A stretch of DNA of 56,730 nucleotides, taken from IMG/VR virus record IMGVR_UViG_3300030330_000778, positions 1-56,730 of that record. One strand, 5' to 3'. This stretch comes from a virus. Its lineage: Duplodnaviria > Caudoviricetes. The notes beneath the pieces were generated by a model that saw only the letters and a list, made by a program, of their open reading frames with translations, was not told the origin of the DNA and did not search any database. The translations under genes were made by a program, and so were the position numbers. This document shows, in pieces, positions 39,019 to 49,025 of this stretch (positions within the stretch are counted from its first letter, which is position 1; every line of letters starts with the position of its first letter).

Positions 39019-40677
39019 ATGGATATAGGATTAAAAAAATATGATGATAGAGATAACTCTATTGTTGTTAGACGCAAGCCTTGCTTTGAATGTGATTCAA
39101 GTGATGCTAATATAGAATATGCTGACGGTCATCACTATTGTTACAGTTGTGAAACTTACTTCCCATCAAATTATAAATCAGAGGGCAACATGATACAACA
39201 ACAGAACTCGTATCAACTTAATAAAAATAAATCTTTTAACTTTTCAGCTATTGCTGATAGAAAAATTAGTGAGAAAACTTGCAGAGAGTATGGTGTTACT
39301 GTCTCTATGCAAGGGTCTATGATTACTGATCACCAATATAAATACTATGACAAAGACAATAACCATATAGCTACAAAGTTTAGACAGACTCAGGATAAAA
39401 AGTTTTACTCTGAAGGTAACATGTCTGGTGCAGTTCTGTTCGGGCAGAATAAATTTAACCAAGGTGGTAAGTATATTACTGTGTGTGAGGGTGAGTTAGA
39501 TGCTATGTCTGCTTACGAGTTACTAGGTTCTAAGTGGCCTGTCGTATCCATCAAGAACGGTGCGGCATCTGCGCTGAAGAACTGCCAACAATCTTTAGAT
39601 TACCTTAATAAGTTTGATCAGATTGTTCTATGCTTTGACAATGATAAGCAGGGCAGAGAAGCAGAACAAAAGGTAGCCAAGTTATTTGAACCTAACAAAT
39701 GTAAGATTATGAACCTTGATCTGAAAGATGCTAATGAGTATCTGAAAACAGGGCAACGTGAGAAGTTTGTTAATACATGGTGGAACGCTAGAACATACAC
39801 ACCAGTAGGTATAGTTAATCTCGCTGATCTTGGTGCATCTCTTTACGATGAAAAGGTAAACGAGACTTGTCTATATCCTTGGTCTAAGATGAATGAAAAG
39901 ACATACGGTATGCGTACTGGTGAGTTATTAACATTCACTTCTGGTGCAGGTATGGGTAAGTCCAGTATCATGCGAGAGCTTATGCATCACATCATGTCTA
40001 ACACACAGGATAATATTGGCGTATTGGCTCTTGAAGAAAACACTCGTAATACCGCATTTAATATTATGAGTGTTGAAGCTAATGCTAGACTATATATCAA
40101 AGAGGTACGTAACCAGTACACAAGAGAGCAGTTGAACGAATGGCAAAATAAAACTGTAGGTTCTGGTAGGTTCTTTGCCTTTGATCACTTTGGTTCTATT
40201 GAGAACGATGAAATACTAGATCGTGTAAGGTACATGGCCAAAGCTCTTGAGTGTAAATGGGTATTCCTAGATCACTTATCTATTCTTGTATCAGGTCAAG
40301 AAGATAATGGTGATGAACGTAAATCTATAGATATTCTCATGACTAAGCTAAGATCTCTTGTAGAAGAAACAGGCATAGCTCTACTGCTTGTCAGTCATCT
40401 ACGTAGACCATCAGGTGATCGTGGTCATGAGGATGGGCGTGAGGTATCGCTTTCACATCTACGTGGCTCTGCTTCTATAGCACATCTATCTGATGCAGTG
40501 ATCGCACTGGAGCGAAACCAACAAGCAGACGATGACGTAGAAGCTAACACTACTACCATACGTATTCTAAAAAATAGATACACTGGCGACACTGGTGTAG
40601 CTTGTCATTTGCATTATGATAAAGACTCTGGTAGAATGTCACAGATTGATAACCCATTAATGGATAATGAAGAATGA
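39019..40677 (+). CDS. T7 gp4-like primase/helicase
   Basis: CxxC..CxxC Zn finger, EGELDA TOPRIM, DND, GAGMGKS, LDHL, LRGS, KNR.TG. Confidence 0.95.
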   Translation: MDIGLKKYDDRDNSIVVRRKPCFECDSSDANIEYADGHHYCYSCETYFPSNYKSEGNMIQQQNSYQLNKNKSFNFSAIADRKISEKTCREYGVTVSMQGSMITDHQYKYYDKDNNHIATKFRQTQDKKFYSEGNMSGAVLFGQNKFNQGGKYITVCEGELDAMSAYELLGSKWPVVSIKNGAASALKNCQQSLDYLNKFDQIVLCFDNDKQGREAEQKVAKLFEPNKCKIMNLDLKDANEYLKTGQREKFVNTWWNARTYTPVGIVNLADLGASLYDEKVNETCLYPWSKMNEKTYGMRTGELLTFTSGAGMGKSSIMRELMHHIMSNTQDNIGVLALEENTRNTAFNIMSVEANARLYIKEVRNQYTREQLNEWQNKTVGSGRFFAFDHFGSIENDEILDRVRYMAKALECKWVFLDHLSILVSGQEDNGDERKSIDILMTKLRSLVEETGIALLLVSHLRRPSGDRGHEDGREVSLSHLRGSASIAHLSDAVIALERNQQADDDVEANTTTIRILKNRYTGDTGVACHLHYDKDSGRMSQIDNPLMDNEE

Positions 40678-40943
40678 TTTGGAAATATAGAACAGAACAA
40701 GATATGGAACATGTTGAAAAATATTTAAAAAGTAAAAAATTATCATTTACTTTTGATGAAAGATTACCTGCTTTTTACATAGATAATCCTGACCCTGAGA
40801 AGCATTATATAACATATCAGTATTATTATACTACAGGAAGATGGGGAGTCATGTATAATAGAAGAAATAAAAATAGAAAACATTATATGTGTAAAGATGT
40901 AGAAACCTTAGTAGATAAATATATCTTAAAGGAATCAGATTAA
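40674..40943 (+). CDS. Hypothetical protein
   Basis: ATGA-coupled ORF; YYYTTGRW. Confidence 0.6.
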   Translation: MIWKYRTEQDMEHVEKYLKSKKLSFTFDERLPAFYIDNPDPEKHYITYQYYYTTGRWGVMYNRRNKNRKHYMCKDVETLVDKYILKESD

Positions 40944-40944
40944 A

Positions 40945-41415
40945 ATGACTAAACAATATCAAGGCATAAGGAAAAGATTTGATAGAAGTATGTATGAAGC
41001 TTCCGATAAAGCAGCAAAGGAAGCAGCTTTAAAATTTATTAAACCTATGAACTATCCACAAATTATAACTGAAGAAACAAAAGACTTTGATATAGTTTGT
41101 AGTGTAGATAATAAACCACATCACCTTTTTGAAGTAGAAGTTAAGTACAGTTGGAAAGGAGATTGGAACGAGAGTTGGAAGGAGATACGTATACCTCATA
41201 GAAAAAATAGATTAGTTAAAAAATGGCAAGAGCTTTATCCAGATTCTCTATTTTCATTCCTAGTATTTAGAAATGATTGTAAGAAAGCTTGGTATATACA
41301 AGCAGAAATATTATTACATTGTGATGTTAAAGAAATATCTAATAGATACGTAAGAGAGGGCGAGAGTTTCTTTCATATACCAGTACAAGAGGCAACTCTC
41401 GTAGACATACCATGA
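40945..41415 (+). CDS. PD-(D/E)xK-fold protein
   Basis: DFDIV...FEVEVK motif. Confidence 0.55.
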   Translation: MTKQYQGIRKRFDRSMYEASDKAAKEAALKFIKPMNYPQIITEETKDFDIVCSVDNKPHHLFEVEVKYSWKGDWNESWKEIRIPHRKNRLVKKWQELYPDSLFSFLVFRNDCKKAWYIQAEILLHCDVKEISNRYVREGESFFHIPVQEATLVDIP

Positions 41416-43046
41416 CTACAGCCGTAGTAGATATAGAGACAGATAGCTTAGATGCTAGTCGTATACATTGTATAGTTGCACAACACTATCATACAGGAGA
41501 GATGCGTGAGTGGATAGGAGATCAGTGTAAAGAGTTTGGAGAGTGGTCAAAAAAGATAGACACATTTATAATGCACAATGGTCTTAGTTTTGATGCACCT
41601 GTATTAAATAAATTAACAGGGTCTAAAATATCTCCTATCAAAGTACGTGATACTCTATTAGAGTCTCAACTATTTAATCCTATTAGAGAAGGTGGTCACA
41701 GTTTAAAATCATGGGGTATTAAACTAAATAGTCATAAGATTGATTATGATAATTTTGATGAATTTACTCTTGAAATGTTAGACTATTGTAAACAAGACGT
41801 ATCACTAACTAGAAAAGTAGCACAAGAATTAGAGAAAGAAAGTGTAGAGTTTTCTAAAAAGTCTTATGAGTTAGAAAGAAACATACGAGTTATTATTGAT
41901 CAGCAAGAACGTAATGGGTTTGCATTTAATATGAGAGAAGGACAATTACTCTTAGCTAAATTAGAAGATGAGCAACATGAACTAGAGAAACAATCATTGG
42001 AGATGTTTGAACCTACTATTGTTCAACTTAAAACTAAGACAAAAGAAATACCATTTAATATTGCTTCTCGTAAACAAATAGCAGATCGTTTAATAGATCG
42101 TGGGTGGAAGCCCTCTGTTCATACAGAAAAAGGTAATGTTGTAGTTAATGAAGCTGTCTTATCTAAAATTAAAATGCCAGAAGCTGAAATGTTTAGTAGA
42201 TATTTTCTATTACAAAAAAGAACTGGTCTTTTGAAGTCTTGGATAAAGGAGTGTAGTAATGACTTACGTGTTCATGGTAGTGTTCTTACTCTTAAAACTA
42301 TTACTGGTCGCATGGCTCACCACAGTCCTAACATGGCACAAGTGCCAGCAGTCTACAGTCCTTATGGAAAAGAATGTAGAGCACTATGGGGTGTGTCAAA
42401 CAGCAACACACATAAACTTGTAGGGACTGATGCAAGTGGTCTTGAACTTAGATGTCTTGCACACTACATGAACGATACTAATTTTACAGAAGAAGTATTG
42501 ACTGGTGATGTGCATACTGCTAATCAAAAAGCAGCAGGATTAAAAACTAGAGATCAAGCTAAGACTTTTATCTATGCTTTTCTTTATGGTGCAGGTCCAG
42601 CTAAAATAGGTAAAGTTGTTGGCGGCTCTGCTTCCACAGGACAGAGATTAATATCTAAATTCTTATCTAACATGCCAGCTTTGAAAAGACTTAGATCAAA
42701 TGTATCAGAGGCTGCTCAAGCTGGTACTATTAAAGGTCTTGATGGGAGAAGATTACAGATTAGATCAGAACATGCAGCATTAAACACTTTACTTCAAGGT
42801 GCAGGTGCTATAGTTTGTAAGCAATGGCTTGTGCAGATAAATGAAAAGGTTAGAAGATCTGGTATTGATGCTAAGTTGGTAGCATCTATTCATGATGAAT
42901 ACCAATTTGAAGTAGCCAAACCAGACGTACAAAGATTTTGTAAACTAACAAAGGAGGCAATGTATCAAACACAAAAGATATTTAACTTTAAATGTAATTT
43001 AGATTCTGATTATAAAGTTGGAAATAATTGGGCAGAAACACACTGA
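41412..43046 (+). CDS. polA: Family A DNA polymerase with 3'-5' exonuclease
   Basis: DIETD, HNG..FD, YC.QD, DASGLELR, AKTFIYAFLYG, IHDE. Confidence 0.96.
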   Translation: MTTAVVDIETDSLDASRIHCIVAQHYHTGEMREWIGDQCKEFGEWSKKIDTFIMHNGLSFDAPVLNKLTGSKISPIKVRDTLLESQLFNPIREGGHSLKSWGIKLNSHKIDYDNFDEFTLEMLDYCKQDVSLTRKVAQELEKESVEFSKKSYELERNIRVIIDQQERNGFAFNMREGQLLLAKLEDEQHELEKQSLEMFEPTIVQLKTKTKEIPFNIASRKQIADRLIDRGWKPSVHTEKGNVVVNEAVLSKIKMPEAEMFSRYFLLQKRTGLLKSWIKECSNDLRVHGSVLTLKTITGRMAHHSPNMAQVPAVYSPYGKECRALWGVSNSNTHKLVGTDASGLELRCLAHYMNDTNFTEEVLTGDVHTANQKAAGLKTRDQAKTFIYAFLYGAGPAKIGKVVGGSASTGQRLISKFLSNMPALKRLRSNVSEAAQAGTIKGLDGRRLQIRSEHAALNTLLQGAGAIVCKQWLVQINEKVRRSGIDAKLVASIHDEYQFEVAKPDVQRFCKLTKEAMYQTQKIFNFKCNLDSDYKVGNNWAETH

Positions 43047-43498
43047 TGGAACAACAAGAGTTATTTCCTAATGAAGAGTTAGTAAACCTAGATAACTCAC
43101 TAAAAAAGTGTATAAGTTGTCACAAAAATTTACCATTAAACTGTTATAAACCAGTGGGTGGCTGTAGAAGAGTAGATGGAACACCAAAGTTAAGAAACAA
43201 ATGTGATTCTTGTTGCAAACAAGATCAAAAGCAGAGAGATATTTTATTAAAAACAATTCCTCGTCCAGATAATAATTACAAATGTCCTATTTGTTTATAC
43301 ACTGAAGGTCAATTTTCAAAGGCTACTATTGATGCATCAACACAAAGTCTTAATGCTAGTTGGTGTTTGGATCATGACCATATGACAGGAAAGTTTAGGG
43401 GTTGGTTATGTCATAAATGTAACTCTGCTCTTGGATGGTTTAACGATGATATAAATTATTTAAGGAGGGCCGTGAAATATTTAGAAAATAGTGCTTGA
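43046..43498 (+). CDS. Endonuclease VII-like protein (possible homing endonuclease)
   Basis: CPIC...LDHDHMTGKFRGWLCHKCNSALG. Confidence 0.85.
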   Translation: MEQQELFPNEELVNLDNSLKKCISCHKNLPLNCYKPVGGCRRVDGTPKLRNKCDSCCKQDQKQRDILLKTIPRPDNNYKCPICLYTEGQFSKATIDASTQSLNASWCLDHDHMTGKFRGWLCHKCNSALGWFNDDINYLRRAVKYLENSA

Positions 43499-43523
43499 CA
43501 ATCAAATAATACTATGTTACTGT
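43495..43523 (+). promoter_or_regulatory. Sigma70-type promoter
   Basis: TTGACA-17-TACTGT with extended -10 TG. Confidence 0.5.
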
Positions 43524-43589
43524 CTAAAAGTTACTAGACAATCAAGGCTGGAATAGTCCAGTGCAACTTAAATGGAGAAAATAAAGATC

Positions 43590-44048
43590 ATGAATGATCC
43601 AATTTACATTACAGGAAAATGTCACTACGCTTCAATCATTGAACCTAACACAAAGTTTGATCCAGTATGGTCAATACAAATTGAGGTTGATGATAATAAT
43701 CGTTCTGTTATTGAGGGAGCTAATCTCAAGATAGCAAACAAAGGTGATGATCGTGGTGACTTTGTAACTATTAAACGAAAGGTAATGAGAAAGGATGGGA
43801 GTGAACGTAAAGCTCCTATTGTTAAAGACTCACAGAATAATCTGTGGGATGATAAGTTGATTGCCAATGGCAGTCTTGTTAATGTAAAAGCAATTCCTTA
43901 TGAATGGAATTATGCTGGTAAGTCTGGCACATCTGCTGACCTTGCTGCTGTTCAGGTTGTTGATTTTATTGAATATGCAAATAGCAAGGAAGACTTTGCC
44001 CCTGTTGACGGTGGATATGTACAAGCATCTGCATCAGCACCATTCTAA
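43590..44048 (+). CDS. ssDNA-binding protein (T7 gp2.5-like)
   Basis: IANGS.V.V, L.AVQV motifs; C-terminal PF. Confidence 0.7.
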   Translation: MNDPIYITGKCHYASIIEPNTKFDPVWSIQIEVDDNNRSVIEGANLKIANKGDDRGDFVTIKRKVMRKDGSERKAPIVKDSQNNLWDDKLIANGSLVNVKAIPYEWNYAGKSGTSADLAAVQVVDFIEYANSKEDFAPVDGGYVQASASAPF

Positions 44049-44056
44049 CTAAGGAG

Positions 44057-44093
44057 TGGGGGAGTAGTGTTTCCTCTCTGCACTACTCCCTCA
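44057..44093 (+). promoter_or_regulatory. GC-rich hairpin between a Shine-Dalgarno and the exonuclease start codon
   Basis: TGGGGGAGTAGTG / CACTACTCCCTCA stem. Confidence 0.65.
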
Positions 44094-44100
44094 GTTTACT

Positions 44101-44970
44101 ATGAAAACTGTAGATACTCTTGTAGAAGATATATATAATTTATTTAGTCTTCATCCTATAGATATGGATGAAGAAGAAGTAGATAAACATATAGATACCT
44201 TTGGTGAAATGCTGAAGGTTCATATAAAAGATTTTCTATATGAAGTTCCTAAAGATAGAAAAGGTTTAAGACTTTCTGCAATAGGTAAACCAGATAGAAA
44301 GATTTGGTTAGATGTTAATAGTCCTCTTGAAGAAGAACAACTTAAACCATCTACTAGAATAAAGTTTTTATATGGTTATATTCTAGAAGAACTTTTACTT
44401 TTATGTTCTACTATTGCAGGACATGATGTTAAAGATCAACAGAAAGAAGTACATGTTGATGGTGTAGCTGGACATCAAGACTCTATTATTGATGGTGTTC
44501 TTGTTGACTGTAAGTCAGCCAGTGGTTTTGGATTTGAAAAGTTTAGAAAAAATAATCTAGTGGAAGATGATCCATTTGGATATGTTGCTCAAATATCTGC
44601 CTACGCACAAGCAAATGGTATAGATACTGCTGCATTTCTTGCAATAAACAAATCTACTGGAGAGATATGTTTATCTAAACTACATCAGATGGATATGATT
44701 AATGCAGAAGCAAGAGTCAAACATCTTAAAAATATCGTTAGTAAAGATAGCTTGCCTGATAAGTGTTACTCTGACATACCTGATGGCAAGTCTGGTAATC
44801 GTAGCTTGGCTGTTGGCTGTGTCTATTGTAATTATAAGCAGACATGTTGGGCTGATTCTAATCAAGGTAAAGGACTACGTGTATTCAAATATGCAAAGGG
44901 TAATAAATTTTTAACACAGGTTGTGAGAGAACCAGATGTAGAAGAAGTGCATGCATTGGAAGTATCATAA
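44101..44970 (+). CDS. PD-(D/E)xK (Cas4-like) exonuclease
   Basis: LRLSAIG, GHQD, VDCKSAS, Y..Q..AY, CxYCxYKxxC. Confidence 0.8.
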   Translation: MKTVDTLVEDIYNLFSLHPIDMDEEEVDKHIDTFGEMLKVHIKDFLYEVPKDRKGLRLSAIGKPDRKIWLDVNSPLEEEQLKPSTRIKFLYGYILEELLLLCSTIAGHDVKDQQKEVHVDGVAGHQDSIIDGVLVDCKSASGFGFEKFRKNNLVEDDPFGYVAQISAYAQANGIDTAAFLAINKSTGEICLSKLHQMDMINAEARVKHLKNIVSKDSLPDKCYSDIPDGKSGNRSLAVGCVYCNYKQTCWADSNQGKGLRVFKYAKGNKFLTQVVREPDVEEVHALEVS

Positions 44971-45346
44971 AAAACCAGAGCCAAATGTTCATTTTGGTTT
45001 TGTTTATCAAATAACTAATAAGAAAACTAATAAATCTTATATAGGCTGTAAACAATATTACGTAACTCGTAATAAAAAAAAGGTAGAATCTAACTGGAGA
45101 ATATATACAGGCTCTAGTAAATATCTTAATGAAGATATAAAGAAATTAGGTAAACGTGCATTTAAATTTGAGATTATTTGTGAGTGTAAAAATAAAAGAA
45201 GTTTAAAATATTATGAGTGTTACTATCAAATAATAAATCATGTATTAACTTCAACATTAGAGGGAACAAATGAACCAGCCTTCTACAATAATTATGTAGG
45301 AGGTAAATTTTATAGGCCAGTACAAGAACCGCCAAATGGAAAATGA
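44951..45346 (+). CDS. GIY-YIG endonuclease
   Basis: GFVYQITN....KSYIGCKQ, YTGSS, YN motifs. Confidence 0.75.
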   Translation: MHWKYHKKPEPNVHFGFVYQITNKKTNKSYIGCKQYYVTRNKKKVESNWRIYTGSSKYLNEDIKKLGKRAFKFEIICECKNKRSLKYYECYYQIINHVLTSTLEGTNEPAFYNNYVGGKFYRPVQEPPNGK

Positions 45347-45659
45347 TTTAGAAAAAAATGAATCACTGTATGATTTAACAGAAAAGAATCCTGATAGAAG
45401 TTTAAACTTAGCAATTATTCTAAGAGCACTACTTGACTTATCTAAACCTAAAGTAGATAATGAAACTGTAGAAACATCTTTGCTAAGAGATCAAGCTAAT
45501 GCTTGGGTCTTTGCTTCTATTGGTGTGACATGTGAGAACTTTGTTTATACCTGTGAACTAGCAGGTGTTGATCCTAAGACAGTAAGAACTTTTGCAATTA
45601 AAGCTGTAACTGCAAAAGATAATTCAGACATAAGAAAAAAGTTAAACTCTTTTTTATAG
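45336..45659 (+). CDS. Conserved hypothetical protein
   Basis: AII.RALLD...F...CELAG.DP. Confidence 0.6.
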   Translation: MENDLEKNESLYDLTEKNPDRSLNLAIILRALLDLSKPKVDNETVETSLLRDQANAWVFASIGVTCENFVYTCELAGVDPKTVRTFAIKAVTAKDNSDIRKKLNSFL

Positions 45660-45669
45660 AAAAAATTAG

Positions 45670-45951
45670 ATGAATATTAAAAATGAATCAAGAGATCAGT
45701 ATATAGTTAGAAAATTAAGAGAGAAAAAAGAATTGAAAGAATCAGCACTAGATAAACAAGTAGATGGTAAACATTATAAAAACTGTGTTATACAACCTGT
45801 AGAATACATAGAAAAAAATAATCTAAGTTTTTGTGAAGGTAATATTGTAAAGTATATAACAAGACATCGTACAAAAGGAGAGGGTAGAAAAGACATAGAA
45901 AAAGTAATACACTATGCTGAAATGATTTTAGATTTATATTACAAAGAGTAG
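45670..45951 (+). CDS. DUF3310 / T7 gp1.7-like nucleotide kinase family protein
   Basis: QVDGKHY..IQP..GNIVKY..R..K...DIEK..HY. Confidence 0.8.
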   Translation: MNIKNESRDQYIVRKLREKKELKESALDKQVDGKHYKNCVIQPVEYIEKNNLSFCEGNIVKYITRHRTKGEGRKDIEKVIHYAEMILDLYYKE

Positions 45952-45957
45952 GGGTAA

Positions 45958-47748
45958 ATGATTAAAGATGATATTACAATCTCTCCTGAGAGAGATAATC
46001 TTTTTGATGAGTTAGGGATCACTCGTCTAAAAGAAGCTTACATGATGGATGATGAAATTTCACCACAAGAAAGGTTTGCTTATGTATCTAGCTGTTTTGG
46101 TTCTAATAAAAAACATGCTCAAAAATTGTATGAGTACGCTTCAAAACATTGGCTCTCGTATTCAACACCAATTTTATCGTATGGACGATCTAAACGTGGG
46201 CTTCCTATTTCTTGTTATCTTAATTATATTGACGATAGTTCTGAAGGATTAGTGGAGAATTTAAGTGAAACAAACTGGCTTTCCATGTTGGGTGGTGGTG
46301 TTGGTGTTGGCTTTGGTATTCGTTCATCTGATGATAAGTCTACAGGGGTCATGCCTCACCTTAAAATGTATGATGCATCAAGCTTGGCATACAGACAAGG
46401 GAGAACTCGTAGAGGTAGTTATGCCGCATATCTAGATATATCGCATCCAGACATACTTATGTTTCTTGAGATGCGTAAACCAACAGGAGATCAAAACTTT
46501 CGCTGTCTCAATATGCATCATGGTATTAACATATCAGATAAGTTTATGAGTGTTCTTGAACACTGTATGATTAATCCACTTGCTGATGATAGTTGGGATC
46601 TAGTTGATCCGCACAGTAGTAAAGTAAGAGATATTGTTTCTGCTAAAGAACTGTGGCAACGTATATTAGAAATGCGTATGCAAACAGGAGAACCTTATAT
46701 ACATTTTATTGATAAGTCTAACAATGAAATGCCATCATGGTTAAAACAAAAAGGTTTTAAAATAAATCAATCTAATTTATGTTCTGAAATTATTCTACCT
46801 ACATCAGAAGAAAGAACTGCTGTATGTTGTTTGTCTTCTGTAAACTTAGAATACTTTGATGAATGGTCTAAAGATAAAGATTTTCTACCAGATATATTAG
46901 AAATGTTAGATAATGTTTTACAAAATTTTATTGACAACGCTCCTGATACTATTTATCGTGCTCGTTATAGTGCGAAGCGAGAGAGATCAGTTGGAGTTGG
47001 AGCACTTGGATTCCATGCATATTTACAAAGTAAAAACATACCCTTTGATTGTGCATTAGCTAAGTCTCATAACATTAGAATGTTTAAACATATTAGAGAA
47101 GGTTTAGACTATGCTAATAGAAACTTAGCTTCAATTAGAGGTGAAGCTCCTGATGCAGAGGGTACAGGATTAAGATGTAGTCATGTTATGGCGATTGCAC
47201 CTAATGCATCTAGCTCTATTATCATGGGTAATACTTCTCCATCAATAGAACCTTGGAGAGCTAATGCCTATAGACAAGATACTCTTAGTGGATCTTTCTT
47301 AAATAAAAACAAATTCTTAGATAAAATTATTAAGACTAAATGTGAAGAAGATAGTAAGCTAAACTATGAACGTATCTGGTCTAGTATCATAGCTAACGAT
47401 GGTTCTGTACAACATCTAAGATCTTTTACCACTGAAGAGAAAGAAGTATTTAAGACTGCTATGGAGATAGATCAACGATGGGTTATAGAACATGCAGCAG
47501 ATAGACAACAATACATTGACCAATCACAATCTCTTAATGTATTCTTTAGACCTGATGCTGAGATTAAATACCTACATGCTATACACTACATGGCATGGAA
47601 GAAAGGACTAAAGACTATGTACTATTGTCGTTCAGAAAAGATTGGTAAGGCTGACAAAGTTAGTCGTAAGATTGAGCGACAGATTATTAATGAGTTAGAC
47701 ATGGAAGCACTAGCATCTGGAGATGAGTGTCTTGCTTGTGAAGGATAA
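45958..47748 (+). CDS. nrdA: Class I ribonucleotide reductase alpha subunit
   Basis: PISC, GGGVG, SNLCSEI, IAPNASSS, TMYY, C-terminal CLACEG. Confidence 0.95.
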   Translation: MIKDDITISPERDNLFDELGITRLKEAYMMDDEISPQERFAYVSSCFGSNKKHAQKLYEYASKHWLSYSTPILSYGRSKRGLPISCYLNYIDDSSEGLVENLSETNWLSMLGGGVGVGFGIRSSDDKSTGVMPHLKMYDASSLAYRQGRTRRGSYAAYLDISHPDILMFLEMRKPTGDQNFRCLNMHHGINISDKFMSVLEHCMINPLADDSWDLVDPHSSKVRDIVSAKELWQRILEMRMQTGEPYIHFIDKSNNEMPSWLKQKGFKINQSNLCSEIILPTSEERTAVCCLSSVNLEYFDEWSKDKDFLPDILEMLDNVLQNFIDNAPDTIYRARYSAKRERSVGVGALGFHAYLQSKNIPFDCALAKSHNIRMFKHIREGLDYANRNLASIRGEAPDAEGTGLRCSHVMAIAPNASSSIIMGNTSPSIEPWRANAYRQDTLSGSFLNKNKFLDKIIKTKCEEDSKLNYERIWSSIIANDGSVQHLRSFTTEEKEVFKTAMEIDQRWVIEHAADRQQYIDQSQSLNVFFRPDAEIKYLHAIHYMAWKKGLKTMYYCRSEKIGKADKVSRKIERQIINELDMEALASGDECLACEG

Positions 47749-47758
47749 GGAGATTACT

Positions 47759-48316
47759 ATGGAACTTACTGCTGAAATAGTTAGAGAGTTATTAGATTAT
47801 AATCCTGATACTGGAGATCTTTTTTGGAAAGAAAGACCTCTAAAATATTTTAAAAAGGAAGTTTACGCACGTAGATGGAACACTAGATATGCTGGTAAGG
47901 AAGCATTTACTTATAAAAATACAGACTATCGCTCAAAACATGTAAGAATTTCAAGAAAAGAAGGTGCAATTTTTGATAAAAACTATTGCGCACATCGTAT
48001 AATTTGGCTACATTACTATGGTTGTTGGCCTAAAGATCAAATAGATCATATCAATCACGATCCAACTGATAATAGAATAATAAATCTTAGAGAAGTATCT
48101 GGTTCTGAAAATAATAGAAACAGAACACTTCAAACAAATAGTACAACTGGATATACTGGAGTGGTATGGCATAAAACTAACAATAAATATATAGCACATA
48201 TTCAGGTTAATAACAAGCATATCCACTTAGGAAGTTATGATAATTTAGAGGAAGCAATAGAAGCTAGAGAACTAGCAAATATAAATTATAATTTTCACCC
48301 TAATCATGGTAAATAG
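47759..48316 (+). mobile_element. HNH + AP2-like free-standing homing endonuclease
   Basis: AHRIIW..IDHIN...DNR..NLR..EN.RN; TGYTGV.W..HLG.Y...EEA..AR. Confidence 0.85.
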
Positions 48317-48458
48317 TTTAGAATTTAAAAATGTATGTTACATATGTAAACTAGGTTGGGTAACAGGAGATCAATATGAATTTACATGGGATAGGAAAGG
48401 ATTAAAACTTTGCTATGAATGTTATTATATGTTAGAAAGGGAAAGTAAAGATGACTAA
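48306..48458 (+). CDS. 50-aa Zn-finger microprotein (below cutoff)
   Basis: CYIC...CYEC. Confidence 0.45.
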   Translation: MVNSLEFKNVCYICKLGWVTGDQYEFTWDRKGLKLCYECYYMLERESKDD

Positions 48459-48711
48459 ATTAGTAATAATAATTGTAATGTTTTTTCCTAATTTACAAGA
48501 CTATGATAGAGGTAATGTTCTTATTGTTAGCCATAAAGATGATAAAGAATTAGTATTTGAAAAACAAGAGCAGTGTTATGAGTATGTAACTAATAATATT
48601 AGTGAATTAATTAAGTTTGCTAAAAATTCTTACAAAGAAATAGAAGGAGCACAAGTAAGTAAGTTTCTTTGTTTACCTAAAGACTATAATGAAAGAGGTA
48701 TTTCAACGTGA
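48451..48711 (+). CDS. Hypothetical protein
   Basis: Coupled ORF. Confidence 0.55.
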   Translation: MTKLVIIIVMFFPNLQDYDRGNVLIVSHKDDKELVFEKQEQCYEYVTNNISELIKFAKNSYKEIEGAQVSKFLCLPKDYNERGIST

Positions 48712-49025
48712 TTAAAGTTGTAGGTAGTTGGTGGATGTCTATTATGGATCATAGATATAATCCATTAAGTAACATACCAAGTTTAACTGTGCGGCACATG
48801 GTTATGCAAGTATTAGCATGGATGTGGTGTATTATATTTAGCATATACATGGGTTCCTTTATTGTGTTTGGTATTTCTGCTATGGCCCATGTGCTTTTAT
48901 TACTTGGTTTATTTGTAACAGCAGCTACTTTTGAGGTAGCTAAAACAAACCCAAGCTTTTTTGGAAAACTATTTCCTAGAAATGTTGGTGGTTTAGGAAG
49001 AGGAAATGGGGGTGAACATGAATAA
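48708..49025 (+). CDS. Conserved membrane protein
   Basis: NPLSNIP...RHMVMQVLAWMWCIIF; TM helices. Confidence 0.65.
   Translation: MIKVVGSWWMSIMDHRYNPLSNIPSLTVRHMVMQVLAWMWCIIFSIYMGSFIVFGISAMAHVLLLLGLFVTAATFEVAKTNPSFFGKLFPRNVGGLGRGNGGEHE

Noticed and set aside
44101-44970. CRISPR-Cas system suggested by a Cas4-like nuclease
   Set aside because: No repeat-spacer array or other cas genes; typical phage exonuclease context
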